From positions 24,907 to 88,906 of the forward strand of contig NZ_JAUSBZ010000144.1 in assembly GCF_030651755.1 (NCBI RefSeq): a DNA stretch of 64,000 bases, in the 5' to 3' direction. Origin of the DNA: Phenylobacterium sp. (GTDB taxonomy: Bacteria > Pseudomonadota > Alphaproteobacteria > Caulobacterales > Caulobacteraceae). The notes beneath the pieces were generated by a model. The model had not been told where the DNA came from. It made no database searches and saw only the letters and a program-made list of their open reading frames with translations. Made by a program: the position numbers and the translations under genes. This document shows, in pieces, positions 43,825 to 53,368 of this stretch. Each line of letters begins with the position of its first letter. Within the stretch, counting starts at the first letter, position 1.

Positions 43825-44661
43825 ATGCCCCGCGCCGCCGTCAACGGCATCGAGATCGAGTACGAGACCTTCGGACCGGACGACGCCCCGGCCGTCCTGC
43901 TGATCAACGGCCTGGGGTCGCAGATGACCCGCTGGCCCGTCCCCTTCTGCGAGAAGCTGGTGGCCCGGGGATACCGCGCTATCCGTTTCGACAACCGGGA
44001 TGTGGGCCGTTCCACCTGGTTCCAGTCCGGGGATCGCTACACCCTGTCAGATATGGCCGCCGACGCCACGGGCCTGCTGGACCACCTGAAGATCGACAGG
44101 GCCCATGTGGCGGGCGTGTCCATGGGCGGCATGATCGCGCAGACGGTGGCCATTGAGCATCCGGACCGCGTACGCTCGCTGACCTCGATCATGTCGGCCA
44201 CCGGCGCGCCTGGAACCATGGACGCGACGCCTGAGGCCGCCGCCGTGCTGACCCAGGTCGCGCCGGACCCCACCGTGGACGAAGAGGCCTTCGTCGCTCA
44301 CGGGATGAAAAACGCGCGGATCATCGGCAGTCCGGGCTATCCGTGGTCGGACGAGGCCCTGCGCGAACGGGTGCTGTCGGAGATGCGCCGGGCCTTCAAT
44401 CCCAAGGGCGTGCAGCGCCAACGCGGCGCCATCGGCGCCAGCGGCGACCGCACCGAAAAGCTGGCGAAGCTGACCGTGCCCACCGTCGTCCTGCATGGCG
44501 AGGTCGATCCGCTGATCCCCAAGGCCGGCGGCGAGGCCACGGCCAGGGCGATTCCCGGCGCAGAGCTGCGGATCATTCCCGGCATGGGCCACGACCTGCC
44601 CGAAGCCCTCTACGACACCATCATCGACGCCATTGTCGCGGCCGCCGAACGGGCGCGCTGA
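43825..44661 (+). CDS. alpha/beta hydrolase
   Basis: I trimmed to the ATG at 43825, which has AAGGAGG upstream. LLINGLGSQ, nucleophile elbow GVSMGG, and a C-terminal GMGHD. Confidence 0.85.
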   Translation: MPRAAVNGIEIEYETFGPDDAPAVLLINGLGSQMTRWPVPFCEKLVARGYRAIRFDNRDVGRSTWFQSGDRYTLSDMAADATGLLDHLKIDRAHVAGVSMGGMIAQTVAIEHPDRVRSLTSIMSATGAPGTMDATPEAAAVLTQVAPDPTVDEEAFVAHGMKNARIIGSPGYPWSDEALRERVLSEMRRAFNPKGVQRQRGAIGASGDRTEKLAKLTVPTVVLHGEVDPLIPKAGGEATARAIPGAELRIIPGMGHDLPEALYDTIIDAIVAAAERAR

Positions 44662-44684
44662 AGCCATTATCGAAGGAGCATTTC

Positions 44685-45476
44685 ATGGGACGTCTCGAAG
44701 GCTTTTCAGCCGTGGTCACCGGCGCGGCCAGCGGCATCGGCCGGGCCAGCGCCAGCCTGTTCGCCCGTGAGGGCGCCCGGGTGGTCTGCGTCGATCGGGC
44801 CGAGGCCGTGGAAGAGACCGCCGCCTCCATCCAGGCCCATGGGGGCCAGGCCATCGCCATGACCGGCGACGCCGGCGACGAGGCCTTCGTGCAGTCCTAC
44901 ATTCAGCGGGCGGTGGATGAGTTCGGCGGCCTGGACGTGGTCTACGCCAACGCCGGGATCACCGGCGGCCCCACCCCCTTCTTCGAGCTGACGCCGGAGA
45001 TCTGGGCCGAGGTGCTGCGGATCAATCTGATCGGCCCCTTCCTGGCCATCAAGCACGCCAGCAAGATCATGATCCCCAAGGGCAAGGGTTCGATCATCTG
45101 CACCGCCTCGGTGGCGGGCATTCGCTCGGGCGCGGGGCCGGCCTCCTATTCGGCCTCCAAGGCCGGGGTCATCAACCTGGCCACCACGGCGGCCAATGAG
45201 CTCTATGGCACGGGCGTGCGGGTCAACGCCGTCTGCCCCGGCCTGATCGAGACCGGCATGACCCAGAGCGTCTTCGACTATGCCAGGTCCCGCGGCAGCG
45301 AGGGCCGGATCGGTCAGCTCAATCCGCTGACCCGGGCCGGCGTCCCCGACGAGATCGCCCACATGGCGCTGTTCCTGGCCAGCGACGAGGCCTCCTATGT
45401 CAACGGCCAGGCCATCGCCGTGGACGGCGGCCTGTCTTCCTCCCACCCGGTGGGCAAGCGCGGCGGCCCCCGCTAG
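44685..45476 (+). CDS. SDR family oxidoreductase
   Basis: I trimmed to the ATG at 44685, which has GAAGGAG upstream. [13 protein letters not shown], and the catalytic YSASKAG. Confidence 0.9.
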   Translation: MGRLEGFSAVVTGAASGIGRASASLFAREGARVVCVDRAEAVEETAASIQAHGGQAIAMTGDAGDEAFVQSYIQRAVDEFGGLDVVYANAGITGGPTPFFELTPEIWAEVLRINLIGPFLAIKHASKIMIPKGKGSIICTASVAGIRSGAGPASYSASKAGVINLATTAANELYGTGVRVNAVCPGLIETGMTQSVFDYARSRGSEGRIGQLNPLTRAGVPDEIAHMALFLASDEASYVNGQAIAVDGGLSSSHPVGKRGGPR

Positions 45477-45579
45477 GACGATGGCTTGAGAGGGCGCGGG
45501 GCTTTGCCTTGCGCCCCGGCGAGCGCTAGAAGCGGCCCTCGCACTTCCTCAAGACCAGCCCCAAAGCCGTACAGCACCC

Positions 45580-46326
45580 ATGGCCGGACATTCAAAGTTC
45601 AAGAACATCATGCACCGCAAGGGCCGCGCCGATGCGGTGCGGTCCAAGCTGTTTTCCAAGCTCAGCCGCGAGATCACCGTGGCGGCCAAGTCGGGCATGC
45701 CCGACCCGGCCATGAACTCCCGCCTGCGTCTGGCCGTGGCCAACGCCAAGGCCGAGTCCATGCCCAAGGACAATATCGACCGGGCGATCAAGAAGGCCTC
45801 AGGCGCCGACGCCGAGGCCTATGAGGAAATCCGCTACGAGGGCTTTGGCCCCGGCGGGGTAGGCCTGATCATCGAGGCCCTCACCGACAACCGCAATCGC
45901 GCCGCGGCCAATGTGCGGGCCATCTTCTCCAAGAACGGCGGCAATCTGGGGGAGACCGGCTCGGTCTCCTTCATGTTCGACCGGGTGGGCCAGATCGTCT
46001 ATCCGGCCAGCGCCGGCTCGGAAGACAAGGTCATGGAAGCCGCCATCGAGGCCGGCGCCGAGGACGTGGAGTCCGACGAGGACACCCACACCATCTTCAC
46101 CGCCTTTGAAGACCTGTCGGAGGTCGCCCAGACCCTTGAAGCTTCCCTTGGCGAGGCCAAGTCCACCGCCATCGCCTGGCGGCCCAAGACCCTGACGCCG
46201 GTGGAGGGGGAGCCGGTCGCGACGCTGATGAAGCTGATCGACGCCCTGGAGGACGATGACGACGTCCAGAACGTCTATGGCAATTACGACGTCTCTGACG
46301 CCGATCTGGAAACCTACGCCGGCTAA
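45580..46326 (+). CDS. yebC: YebC/PmpR family DNA-binding regulator
   Basis: 248 aa. The N-terminus [32 protein letters not shown] is diagnostic. Confidence 0.95.
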   Translation: MAGHSKFKNIMHRKGRADAVRSKLFSKLSREITVAAKSGMPDPAMNSRLRLAVANAKAESMPKDNIDRAIKKASGADAEAYEEIRYEGFGPGGVGLIIEALTDNRNRAAANVRAIFSKNGGNLGETGSVSFMFDRVGQIVYPASAGSEDKVMEAAIEAGAEDVESDEDTHTIFTAFEDLSEVAQTLEASLGEAKSTAIAWRPKTLTPVEGEPVATLMKLIDALEDDDDVQNVYGNYDVSDADLETYAG

Positions 46327-46371
46327 GCCACGTCCTGTGAAGCCACGTCGTCGCTGACGCGTTGATCGGCG

Positions 46372-47073
46372 ATGGAATGGCTCACCGCATATGTCGTCCC
46401 GGTCCTGGGCGCGGTCCTCGCTGGCGGTCTGATTGGCCTTGAGCGGGAGTATCGCGGCCGGCCGGCGGGCTTTCGCACCCACATCCTGGTGGCGCTGACC
46501 TCCGCCCTGCTGATGCTGGCGGCGATCCATCAGCTGGAGTGGATGGGCGAGGTCGAAAACGACGTCATCCGCATAGACCCGACCCGGATGGCGCACGGGA
46601 TCCTCACCGGCATCGGCTTTCTGTGCGGCGGCGTGATCTTCCGTCACGGCTTGAGCGTCCATGGCCTGACGACGGCGGCCTCCCTTTGGATCACCTCGGC
46701 CCTGGGAACCCTCTATGGCGTGGGCTTCTACGGCCTGGCGATTGGCGGCACCGCCGTCACCCTGCTGGTGCTCGGCGTTCTGCGCTGGGCAGACCGGCGC
46801 ATTCCGCAACTGCGGATCATGGATGTGAAGGTCCGCTATCGCCGGGCTGGCGCGATCAGCGAGGAAGCGTTTCGCGAACTGGTGGGTGAGTTCGGCTTGG
46901 ACGCCGGGGCGATCAGCGAGCGCCTGTGGTCTGGCGAGAACGAGGACGAGGCCCGTGTAGAGCACCGCGCCACCCTGCGCGGAACCGGCGCCTCCAATAT
47001 GGCTCGGCTGGCCGAGCGTCTCCGCGAGGATCGGCGGGTCGTGGAGTATAGCCTCATCCCGCGGAAAGACTGA
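46372..47073 (+). CDS. mgtC: MgtC/SapB family membrane protein
   Basis: 233 aa. GGLIGLEREYRGRPAGFRTHILV and GLTTAASLW motifs, plus a C-terminal ACT-like soluble domain. Confidence 0.85.
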   Translation: MEWLTAYVVPVLGAVLAGGLIGLEREYRGRPAGFRTHILVALTSALLMLAAIHQLEWMGEVENDVIRIDPTRMAHGILTGIGFLCGGVIFRHGLSVHGLTTAASLWITSALGTLYGVGFYGLAIGGTAVTLLVLGVLRWADRRIPQLRIMDVKVRYRRAGAISEEAFRELVGEFGLDAGAISERLWSGENEDEARVEHRATLRGTGASNMARLAERLREDRRVVEYSLIPRKD

Positions 47074-47117
47074 GGCAGGCGACAGGACGGGGGGCAAGGT
47101 GCTAGAGACCGCGCCCC

Positions 47118-47606
47118 ATGACCTTGAAACTCTGGATCGAAATCAATCATCAGGCCCCCTACCGCACCGGGGGTTGGGCCTGGCTCCGACAGGACGGCAA
47201 GGCCGTTTCGGGCGCCGCCGGCGGGGACCGTGACCTGGATGTCGAGGCCTTTTGCGTGCGGGCTCTGCAGACGGCCCTGACCGATCTGCCCGCTGAAACC
47301 GCCGTGGCCCTGCATCTGTCTGAGCCCCTCCTGATCGAGGGCGTCCGCACCATGTCGACCCGGCGCGCGGCCGGTTGGAAGACCGAGGCGGGTGAGGATG
47401 CTCCGGAGGCTGAAGCCTGGGAGATGGTCGCCAAGGCCCTGACCGGACGGGCGCTCAGCCTGGTCCGCACCCAGCCCACCGACGCGCGCAGCCCCGCCGG
47501 TTTCGCCGCGGCCTGGGCCGAGCTTGGCCGCGACAAGGCCAAGACCAAGGGGACGTTCAAGAACCTGATCCCTAAGCCCAACCTGGCCAAAATCCGCGGC
47601 CTTTAG
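47118..47606 (+). CDS. RNase H-like domain protein with non-canonical active-site residues
   Basis: 162 aa. By eye it aligns to E. coli RNase HI; for example GWKTEAGEDAPEAEAW aligns with GWKTADKKPVKNVDLW. The first, third and fourth catalytic acidic positions are not Asp here (EINHQ, HLSEP, AAWAELG). Confidence 0.45.
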   Translation: MTLKLWIEINHQAPYRTGGWAWLRQDGKAVSGAAGGDRDLDVEAFCVRALQTALTDLPAETAVALHLSEPLLIEGVRTMSTRRAAGWKTEAGEDAPEAEAWEMVAKALTGRALSLVRTQPTDARSPAGFAAAWAELGRDKAKTKGTFKNLIPKPNLAKIRGL

Positions 47607-47673
47607 ACCCTAGCCACAGTCGGTGACTTCGACGAGGCCGCCCCAACCTCTCGCGACGGGCGGGTAGCCGGCG

Positions 47674-48528
47674 CTAGGCCTTGCCTGCGAGTTCCTGGCG
47701 GGTGGAATGGGTCAGGTCGACCAGGAAATCGATCATCGCCTTCACCCGGGGGTTGGATCGCAGGTCGCGATGCACAACCAACCAAAGACCAAGCACGAGT
47801 TCCGGAGCGCCGGGGGTGACCCGCTCGAGATCCGGGTCGATCTCGCCCATGAAGCAAGGCAACAGCGCGCAGCCAAGTCCAGCGCGTACGGCGACCTGAT
47901 GCGTAGCAAAGTCGCTCGCGCGCAACACAGGTTCGCGGCCCTTGAGGCGCGACTCAGGAAATCGCGCGATGGCGCTCTGGGCCGGTTGCTCGTGGAAGCA
48001 CAACCAGCCGTTTTCGCCGCCCCCGCGCCTCTGATACCCCGCGAAGCCCACTTCTCCGACACGGCGCACCAGCAGATCGCCGCCCTCGGGCCGGGCAAGC
48101 CGAAGGGCGATGTCAGTTTCTCGCCGCGTAAGGCTCAGCACTTCTGAACCGGCAAGCAATTCCACGTTCAAGCCGGGGTGCCGCTCTTGGAACGCTGACA
48201 ACCGCGGAACCAGCCACCAAGTCGCCAGAGATTCAGTGGTTGAGACACGTACCCGTCCAGTAGGACGCGTCGGAGCGCCTTCCGCCAAGCGGACGATGTC
48301 GTGCGCCGCGAGTTCAAAAGGCTCGGCCCGGCCGAGCACAGCCTGGCCGAACTCCGTCAAGGCATAGCCGGCGCGAGATCGATCAAACAAGAGGTGGCCG
48401 AGCGCCTTCTCCAAATCCCCGATCCGTTTGATGACTGTCGAGGGGCTAGCGTTCACCGCCCTGGCGGCGCCGGTAGCAGTGCCCGCACGCGCCACGGCGA
48501 CGAAATACCGAACATCTTCCCAGTCCAT
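47674..48528 (-). CDS. LysR-family transcriptional regulator
   Basis: HTH N-terminus MDWEDVRYFVAVARAGTATGAARAVNASPSTVIKRI, from the ATG at 48528; the track ORF starts 6 codons earlier at GTG 48546. It is divergent from the WrbA-like gene. Confidence 0.88.
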   Translation of the reverse strand: MDWEDVRYFVAVARAGTATGAARAVNASPSTVIKRIGDLEKALGHLLFDRSRAGYALTEFGQAVLGRAEPFELAAHDIVRLAEGAPTRPTGRVRVSTTESLATWWLVPRLSAFQERHPGLNVELLAGSEVLSLTRRETDIALRLARPEGGDLLVRRVGEVGFAGYQRRGGGENGWLCFHEQPAQSAIARFPESRLKGREPVLRASDFATHQVAVRAGLGCALLPCFMGEIDPDLERVTPGAPELVLGLWLVVHRDLRSNPRVKAMIDFLVDLTHSTRQELAGKA

Positions 48529-48623
48529 CTTCGGAATCTCGAACACCGCATGGCGAAGGTCAATGCTGACAGGCCAAGCTCATGCCAATAGCTGGAGTGC
48601 TTCCGATATGAGGAGCATTTCCA

Positions 48624-49297
48624 ATGACCAAGATCGCTGTTGTATATCATTCCGGAAGCGGCCGAACTGGGCTGCTCGCCAAGGCAATCCATCGCGGTGC
48701 GGATCGTGTCGAAGGAGTTGAGGCTGAACTCCTGCGTATCACGACTGACCAGCTCGACCAGCGCCTGCGTTGGCGCGACGACGAGATGATGCGAACACTA
48801 CAGGACTCTGATGGCGTCATCTTCGGCTGCACCACCCTGATGGGGATGCCGAGCGCACCTTTTAAGGCATTCATGGAAGGCTGCTCGAACCGTGGTGGAT
48901 CCAGGGTTGGAAGGACAAGTTCGCGGGTGGCTTCACGAACTCGGCGTCTCTCAACGGCGACAAGACAAACACGCAGATCCAGTTGCTGGTGTTCGCAGCT
49001 CAGATGAGCATGTTCTGGGTCCCGATGGGGGATCACCCCGGGGCCAACTGGAGCGGCTCGACCCAGAACGATTTCAATCGCCTTGGGGCCTTCCTCGGGC
49101 CGATGAGCCAGAGTCTGGCGGACGTGGCCGTCGAGGCGGCGACACCGGCGAGTGACCTTGTCACCGGCGAGCGCTACGGCGAGCGCTTTGCACGCGTCGT
49201 ACGCCACTGGTCGTCTGGCGGGGACTACCAAACCGAACGCTTCGTCGACGCAGCCACATCGGCCGCCAGGGCGCGTGCTGCACCCTTCGCCAAATGA
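48624..49297 (+). pseudogene. WrbA/flavodoxin-like NAD(P)H:quinone oxidoreductase, frameshifted
   Basis: AGGAG lies upstream of the ATG at 48624. Frame 0 reads MTKIAVVYHSGSGRTG...FKAFMEGCS and then degenerates. The homologous continuation EPWWIQGWKDKFAGGFTNSASLNGDK...MSMFWVPMG... runs in the -1 frame from ~48887 to the stop at 49297. That implies a single 1-nt shift near 48880-48890. Confidence 0.7.
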
Positions 49298-49738
49298 CGA
49301 GTTTGGCGGCCTGTCTGACGACCTCGGAATGATGAGTAGGACCCCAGGCGCCAGACCCGGTTGGCTTGCGCGATGCGTAGAAGGCTGATCCTACGGCCAC
49401 GGAGGATCTCGATGTCAACCGCCAACAAATCTGTTGGCCTGCGATGCGATGTATGGCGCAAAGGGGTGGGAGGCTTCGGCAGGGCTGCCGGAGCCTCTCT
49501 TGCGGCAGGCGGCCCCCTAAAACCCCGTGCTGACAAACAGACTTGGCCGGGCCAAGGCCTTGGTTCTGACCGCCAACCTTGTTAGGGCAGGCGCAGAAAC
49601 AAGCCTAAGGCGCTCCTTCCTGCGCGCCACCTCCCCCGTCTGAACAGCCGCCGCGGTCACTGGCGGGTCCTGGTGCGCCCCGAATTCATGAGAGCCTAAA
49701 CACCCCCTTAACCCTGGGGCGGGCTAATCGGCCGGTAG

Positions 49739-49753
49739 GAACAATCCCCGAAC
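49739..49753 (+). promoter_or_regulatory. alphaproteobacterial LexA (SOS) box upstream of ruvC
   Basis: GAAC-aatcccc-GAAC is an exact match to the complement of the direct-repeat operator GTTC-N7-GTTC. It ends 18 nt upstream of the ruvC ATG at 49772. Confidence 0.6.
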
Positions 49754-49771
49754 ACGCCTATAGAGTCGCCC

Positions 49772-50290
49772 ATGGCCGCCGTGCGAATCCTTGGACTGGA
49801 CCCCGGCCTCCGCCGCACCGGCTGGGGGGTGATCACCATAGAGGGCGCGCGCCTGGCCCATGTGGCCCATGGGGTCATCGCACCCAAGGACTCCCTGCCC
49901 TTCTCCGAACGCCTGCTGGTGCTGTTCGAGGCCATCAGCGCGCTTGTCGCCGAGCACGCCCCTGACGAAGCGGCGGTGGAGGAGACCTTCATGAACAACA
50001 ACGCCGCCTCCGCCCTGAAGCTGGGCCACGCCCGGGCCATGGCCCTGGTGGCGCCGGCCAGGGCCGGCCTGCCGGTGGCCGAATACGCCGCCACCGTGGT
50101 CAAGAAGGCCGTGGTCGGCACTGGCGGCGCCGACAAGGACCAGGTGGCCTTCATGATCGCCCGGTTGCTGCCGGCCGCCGGCGGGGTCACCGCCGACGCC
50201 GCCGACGCCCTGGCTGTGGCCATCGCCCATGCCCACGCCCGCACCGCCCGCAGCCTGGCGAGCCGCACGCCATCGAGGAAGGTGGCGTGA
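49772..50290 (+). CDS. ruvC: Holliday junction resolvase RuvC
   Basis: 172 aa. [25 protein letters not shown], and [11 protein letters not shown]. Confidence 0.95.
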   Translation: MAAVRILGLDPGLRRTGWGVITIEGARLAHVAHGVIAPKDSLPFSERLLVLFEAISALVAEHAPDEAAVEETFMNNNAASALKLGHARAMALVAPARAGLPVAEYAATVVKKAVVGTGGADKDQVAFMIARLLPAAGGVTADAADALAVAIAHAHARTARSLASRTPSRKVA

Positions 50291-50907
50291 TGATCGGCCG
50301 GCTGCGCGGAACGGTCGCCGAGATCGGCGAGGAAGACGCCCTGATCGACGTCCTCGGCGTCGGTTATGTGGTCCGCTGCGGGGTCCGCACCCTCTCGCGC
50401 CTGCCCCCGGTGGGCGAAGAGGCCGTTTTGCACATCGAGACCCAGTGGAGCGAGCAGGCGGGCATGCGCCTCTATGGCTTTCTCAGCCGGGACGAGCGCC
50501 GCACCTTCCTGATCCTCAAGGAGATTCAAGGCGTCGGACCCAAGGCGGCTCTCTCCGTCCTGGACGTGCTGCCGCCGGCCGAGCTGGCCGCCGCCGCCGG
50601 CCGCCAGGACAAGGCCGCCATCGCCCGCGCCCAAGGGGTGGGACCCAAGCTCGCCCTGCGCATCGCCACGGAGCTGAAGGACAAGCCCCTCACCGACCTG
50701 CCGGTCAGCGCGTTCGCGCCAGGCGCGGGCGCAGCAGACCCCGCGCCGGCCCCCTCGGCCTCGGGCGAGGCCGTCGCCGCCCTGATGGGCCTGGGCGTCG
50801 CCGAGCCTCAGGCCCGACGCCTGGTGGAGGCCGCCGTGCTGCGGCTGGGTGAGGACGCCGAGGCCGGCGCCCTGATCAAGGCCGCCCTGCAGGAGCTGGG
50901 TCGATGA
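50287..50907 (+). CDS. ruvA: Holliday junction branch-migration protein RuvA
   Basis: 206 aa. MIGRLRGTV...GVGYVV, and the HhH region [13 protein letters not shown]...[12 protein letters not shown]. Confidence 0.95.
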   Translation: MMIGRLRGTVAEIGEEDALIDVLGVGYVVRCGVRTLSRLPPVGEEAVLHIETQWSEQAGMRLYGFLSRDERRTFLILKEIQGVGPKAALSVLDVLPPAELAAAAGRQDKAAIARAQGVGPKLALRIATELKDKPLTDLPVSAFAPGAGAADPAPAPSASGEAVAALMGLGVAEPQARRLVEAAVLRLGEDAEAGALIKAALQELGR

Positions 50908-51935
50908 CCCGCCTGGTCAGCGGCGAGGCCGCGCCGGCCGAGGGAACCGACCGAGCCTATCGTCCGCAGACGCTCGCCGAATTCGTCGGCCAGGAGCAGT
51001 CCAAGGCCAATCTTCGCATCTTCATCCAGGCGGCCCGGGACCGGGGCGACACCCTGGATCACGTCCTGCTGTTTGGCCCGCCGGGCCTTGGCAAGACGAC
51101 GCTGGCCCAGATCATCGCCCGGGAGATGGGGGTGAACTTCCGCGCCACCTCCGGCCCGGTCCTGGCCAAGGCCGGGGATCTCGCGGCCATCCTGACCAAT
51201 CTGGAGGCCGGCGACGTCCTCTTCATCGACGAGATTCACCGCCTGGCGGCCAATGTGGAGGAGATCCTCTATCCCGCCATGGAGGACCACGTCCTGGACC
51301 TGATCATCGGCGAAGGCCCCTCGGCCCGCTCCATCCGCATCGATCTGGCGCCCTTCACCCTGGTGGCGGCCACGACCCGGGCCGGCCTTCTGGCCACGCC
51401 TCTGCGCGACCGGTTCGGCATCCCGGTGCGGCTGGAATTCTACACCACCGACGAACTGATCAAGGTGCTGGCCCATGCGGCGGGCAAGATGGGCGTCAAC
51501 CTGACCAAGGACGGCGCCGCCGAGATCGCCGCCCGCGCCCGCGGCACGCCCAGGGTCGCCGGCCGGCTTCTGCGCCGGGTCCGCGACTTCGCCGCCGCCG
51601 AGGGCGCCGCGGCCATCGACAAGGGCGCGGCCGGACGGGGCCTGGCGCGCCTTGAAGTGGACGAGGTGGGTCTGGACTCCCTGGACCGCCGCTATCTGCG
51701 CGCCCTGATCGACAACTATGGGGGCGGGCCGGCGGGGGTGGAGACCATCGCCTACGCCATCGCCGAGGCCCGGGACGCCGTTGAGGACGTCATCGAGCCC
51801 TATCTGATGCAGCAGGGCTTCATCCAGCGAACCCCCCGGGGCCGGGTGGCCTGCGCCAAGGCCTATGCGCATCTGGGCCTGACGCCGCCGCCGCAACCGC
51901 CCGGGGCTGGCCAACCCACCCTGTTCGACGAGTAG
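50904..51935 (+). CDS. ruvB: Holliday junction helicase RuvB
   Basis: 343 aa. Walker [10 protein letters not shown], Walker B LFIDEIHR, and [16 protein letters not shown]. Confidence 0.97.
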   Translation: MTRLVSGEAAPAEGTDRAYRPQTLAEFVGQEQSKANLRIFIQAARDRGDTLDHVLLFGPPGLGKTTLAQIIAREMGVNFRATSGPVLAKAGDLAAILTNLEAGDVLFIDEIHRLAANVEEILYPAMEDHVLDLIIGEGPSARSIRIDLAPFTLVAATTRAGLLATPLRDRFGIPVRLEFYTTDELIKVLAHAAGKMGVNLTKDGAAEIAARARGTPRVAGRLLRRVRDFAAAEGAAAIDKGAAGRGLARLEVDEVGLDSLDRRYLRALIDNYGGGPAGVETIAYAIAEARDAVEDVIEPYLMQQGFIQRTPRGRVACAKAYAHLGLTPPPQPPGAGQPTLFDE

Positions 51936-51948
51936 CGGAGGCCCCTGC

Positions 51949-52407
51949 ATGACCCCCGTCCCTGGTGAGCCCTCCGCCGGCTGGATCGAAGGCCGCGAGC
52001 ACGTCCTGCCGGTCAGGATCTATTACGAGGACACCGACTTCACCGGCGTCGTCTATCACGGCAACTATCTGCGCTACTTCGAGCGCGGGCGGTCGGACTT
52101 CCTGCGGCTGGCCGGGGTGCGCCACGCCGAGCTGCTGGACCAGGAGACGCCGAGCGCCTTCACCATCGTGCGCATGGAGCTGGACTTCAAAGCCCCGGCC
52201 CGGATCGATGACGCCCTGCAGGTGCGCACCACCTATGACCGCGTGAAGGGCCCTCGGCTGTTCATCAGCCAGAGGATCGTCCGCGGCGAGACCCTGATCG
52301 CCCAGGCGGCGGTGATGGCCGCCTGCATCGGTCTGGATGGCCGCCCCCGCAAGCCGCCGCTTGGCATGGCGCAAGCGCTTTCACCCTATTTTCAGGCCGG
52401 CGACTGA
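51949..52407 (+). CDS. ybgC: tol-pal-associated acyl-CoA thioesterase YbgC
   Basis: 152-aa 4HBT hotdog protein (VRIYYEDTDFTGVVYHGNYLRYFERGR). It lies upstream of tolQ. Confidence 0.85.
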   Translation: MTPVPGEPSAGWIEGREHVLPVRIYYEDTDFTGVVYHGNYLRYFERGRSDFLRLAGVRHAELLDQETPSAFTIVRMELDFKAPARIDDALQVRTTYDRVKGPRLFISQRIVRGETLIAQAAVMAACIGLDGRPRKPPLGMAQALSPYFQAGD

Positions 52408-52654
52408 TCTGAGGCGGGATGGCCAAGTCCCAACTTGCGTCGCGTGCCGGAGCCTGATTCATCGACGTCGTTCCCCTGATCTCCCGCACAGGGCCGAGGG
52501 TCGGTCGATGAGCAGGGTTCAGTAACCATATTCCTGTTCCACTGCAGGGCGTACGGGCGTGATCGTCATGATCTGGCGCCTTAAGTTCGCCACCGCAGCG
52601 TCTCACTTCACCTTCGGGCGAGATTCGCCCACCTGACAACGGAGCCCGTACCGC

Positions 52655-53365
52655 ATGGACCCCGCCGCCTCCGCCAGCCTGACGGCCGAGAGCTTCTCGA
52701 TGGTCGCGCTCTTTATGCGCGCCGACTGGGTGATCAAGGCCGTGATGATCGGACTTGGCCTGGCCTCCCTGTTTTCCTGGGCGGTGATCCTGGACAAGCT
52801 GCTGCGCTTCGCCGCGCTCAACCGGCACGCCGATCAGTTCGAAGATCAGGTTTCGTCGGGCCGGTCCCTGGAAGAAATCGCCAACGAGGCCGGCGAACGC
52901 CCCCGCCACGCCCTGCCCCGCATGTTGCAGGCCGCCCTTCGGGAGTGGCGTGAGGCCCGCACCAAGGGTCTGTCCACCGACAGCCAGGCTGGCTTTCTGA
53001 TCCAGCGAATAGACCGGGTGCTGGACGCCATAATCGCTCGGGAGAGCGCCCGGGTCGAAGAAGGCCTGCCGCTCCTGGCCATCGTCGCCACCGCCTCGCC
53101 CTTTGTCGGTCTGTTCGGGACCGTCTGGGGGATCATGGAAGCGTTCCAGGCCATCGCCATCCAGCAGAACACCAATCTGACGGTCGTGGCCCCGGCCATC
53201 GCCGAGGCCCTGTTCGCCACGGCCATTGGCCTGGCCGCCGCCATCCCGGCCTATATCGCCTACAACAAGTTCTCCTCCGACGCCGCCCGCTACGGCGGTC
53301 GACTGGAAGGTTTCGCCGATGACCTGGCCACCGCGATCCAGCGGCGGCTGAGCGACCGGGCCTGA
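52655..53365 (+). CDS. tolQ: Tol-Pal system protein TolQ
   Basis: 236-aa MotA/TolQ/ExbB channel protein (ASPFVGLFGTVWGIM, APAIAEALFATAIGL). Confidence 0.93.
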   Translation: MDPAASASLTAESFSMVALFMRADWVIKAVMIGLGLASLFSWAVILDKLLRFAALNRHADQFEDQVSSGRSLEEIANEAGERPRHALPRMLQAALREWREARTKGLSTDSQAGFLIQRIDRVLDAIIARESARVEEGLPLLAIVATASPFVGLFGTVWGIMEAFQAIAIQQNTNLTVVAPAIAEALFATAIGLAAAIPAYIAYNKFSSDAARYGGRLEGFADDLATAIQRRLSDRA

Positions 53366-53368
53366 GGC

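Noticed and set aside
45497-45518. Short hairpin after the SDR gene (CGGGGC ... GCCCCG)
   Set aside because: A 6-bp stem with a 10-nt loop and no U-tract is indistinguishable from chance in GC-rich DNA.
49225-49536. Minus-strand ORF containing ...PLRHTSHRRPTDLLAVDIEILRGRR..., faintly like the LRHT...LLGH box of tyrosine recombinases (a possible integrase remnant)
   Set aside because: The resemblance is limited to four residues. The spacing and the following GH/Y motifs do not fit, and the rest of the ORF is Arg/Pro-rich noise. This is not enough to call a mobile-element remnant.
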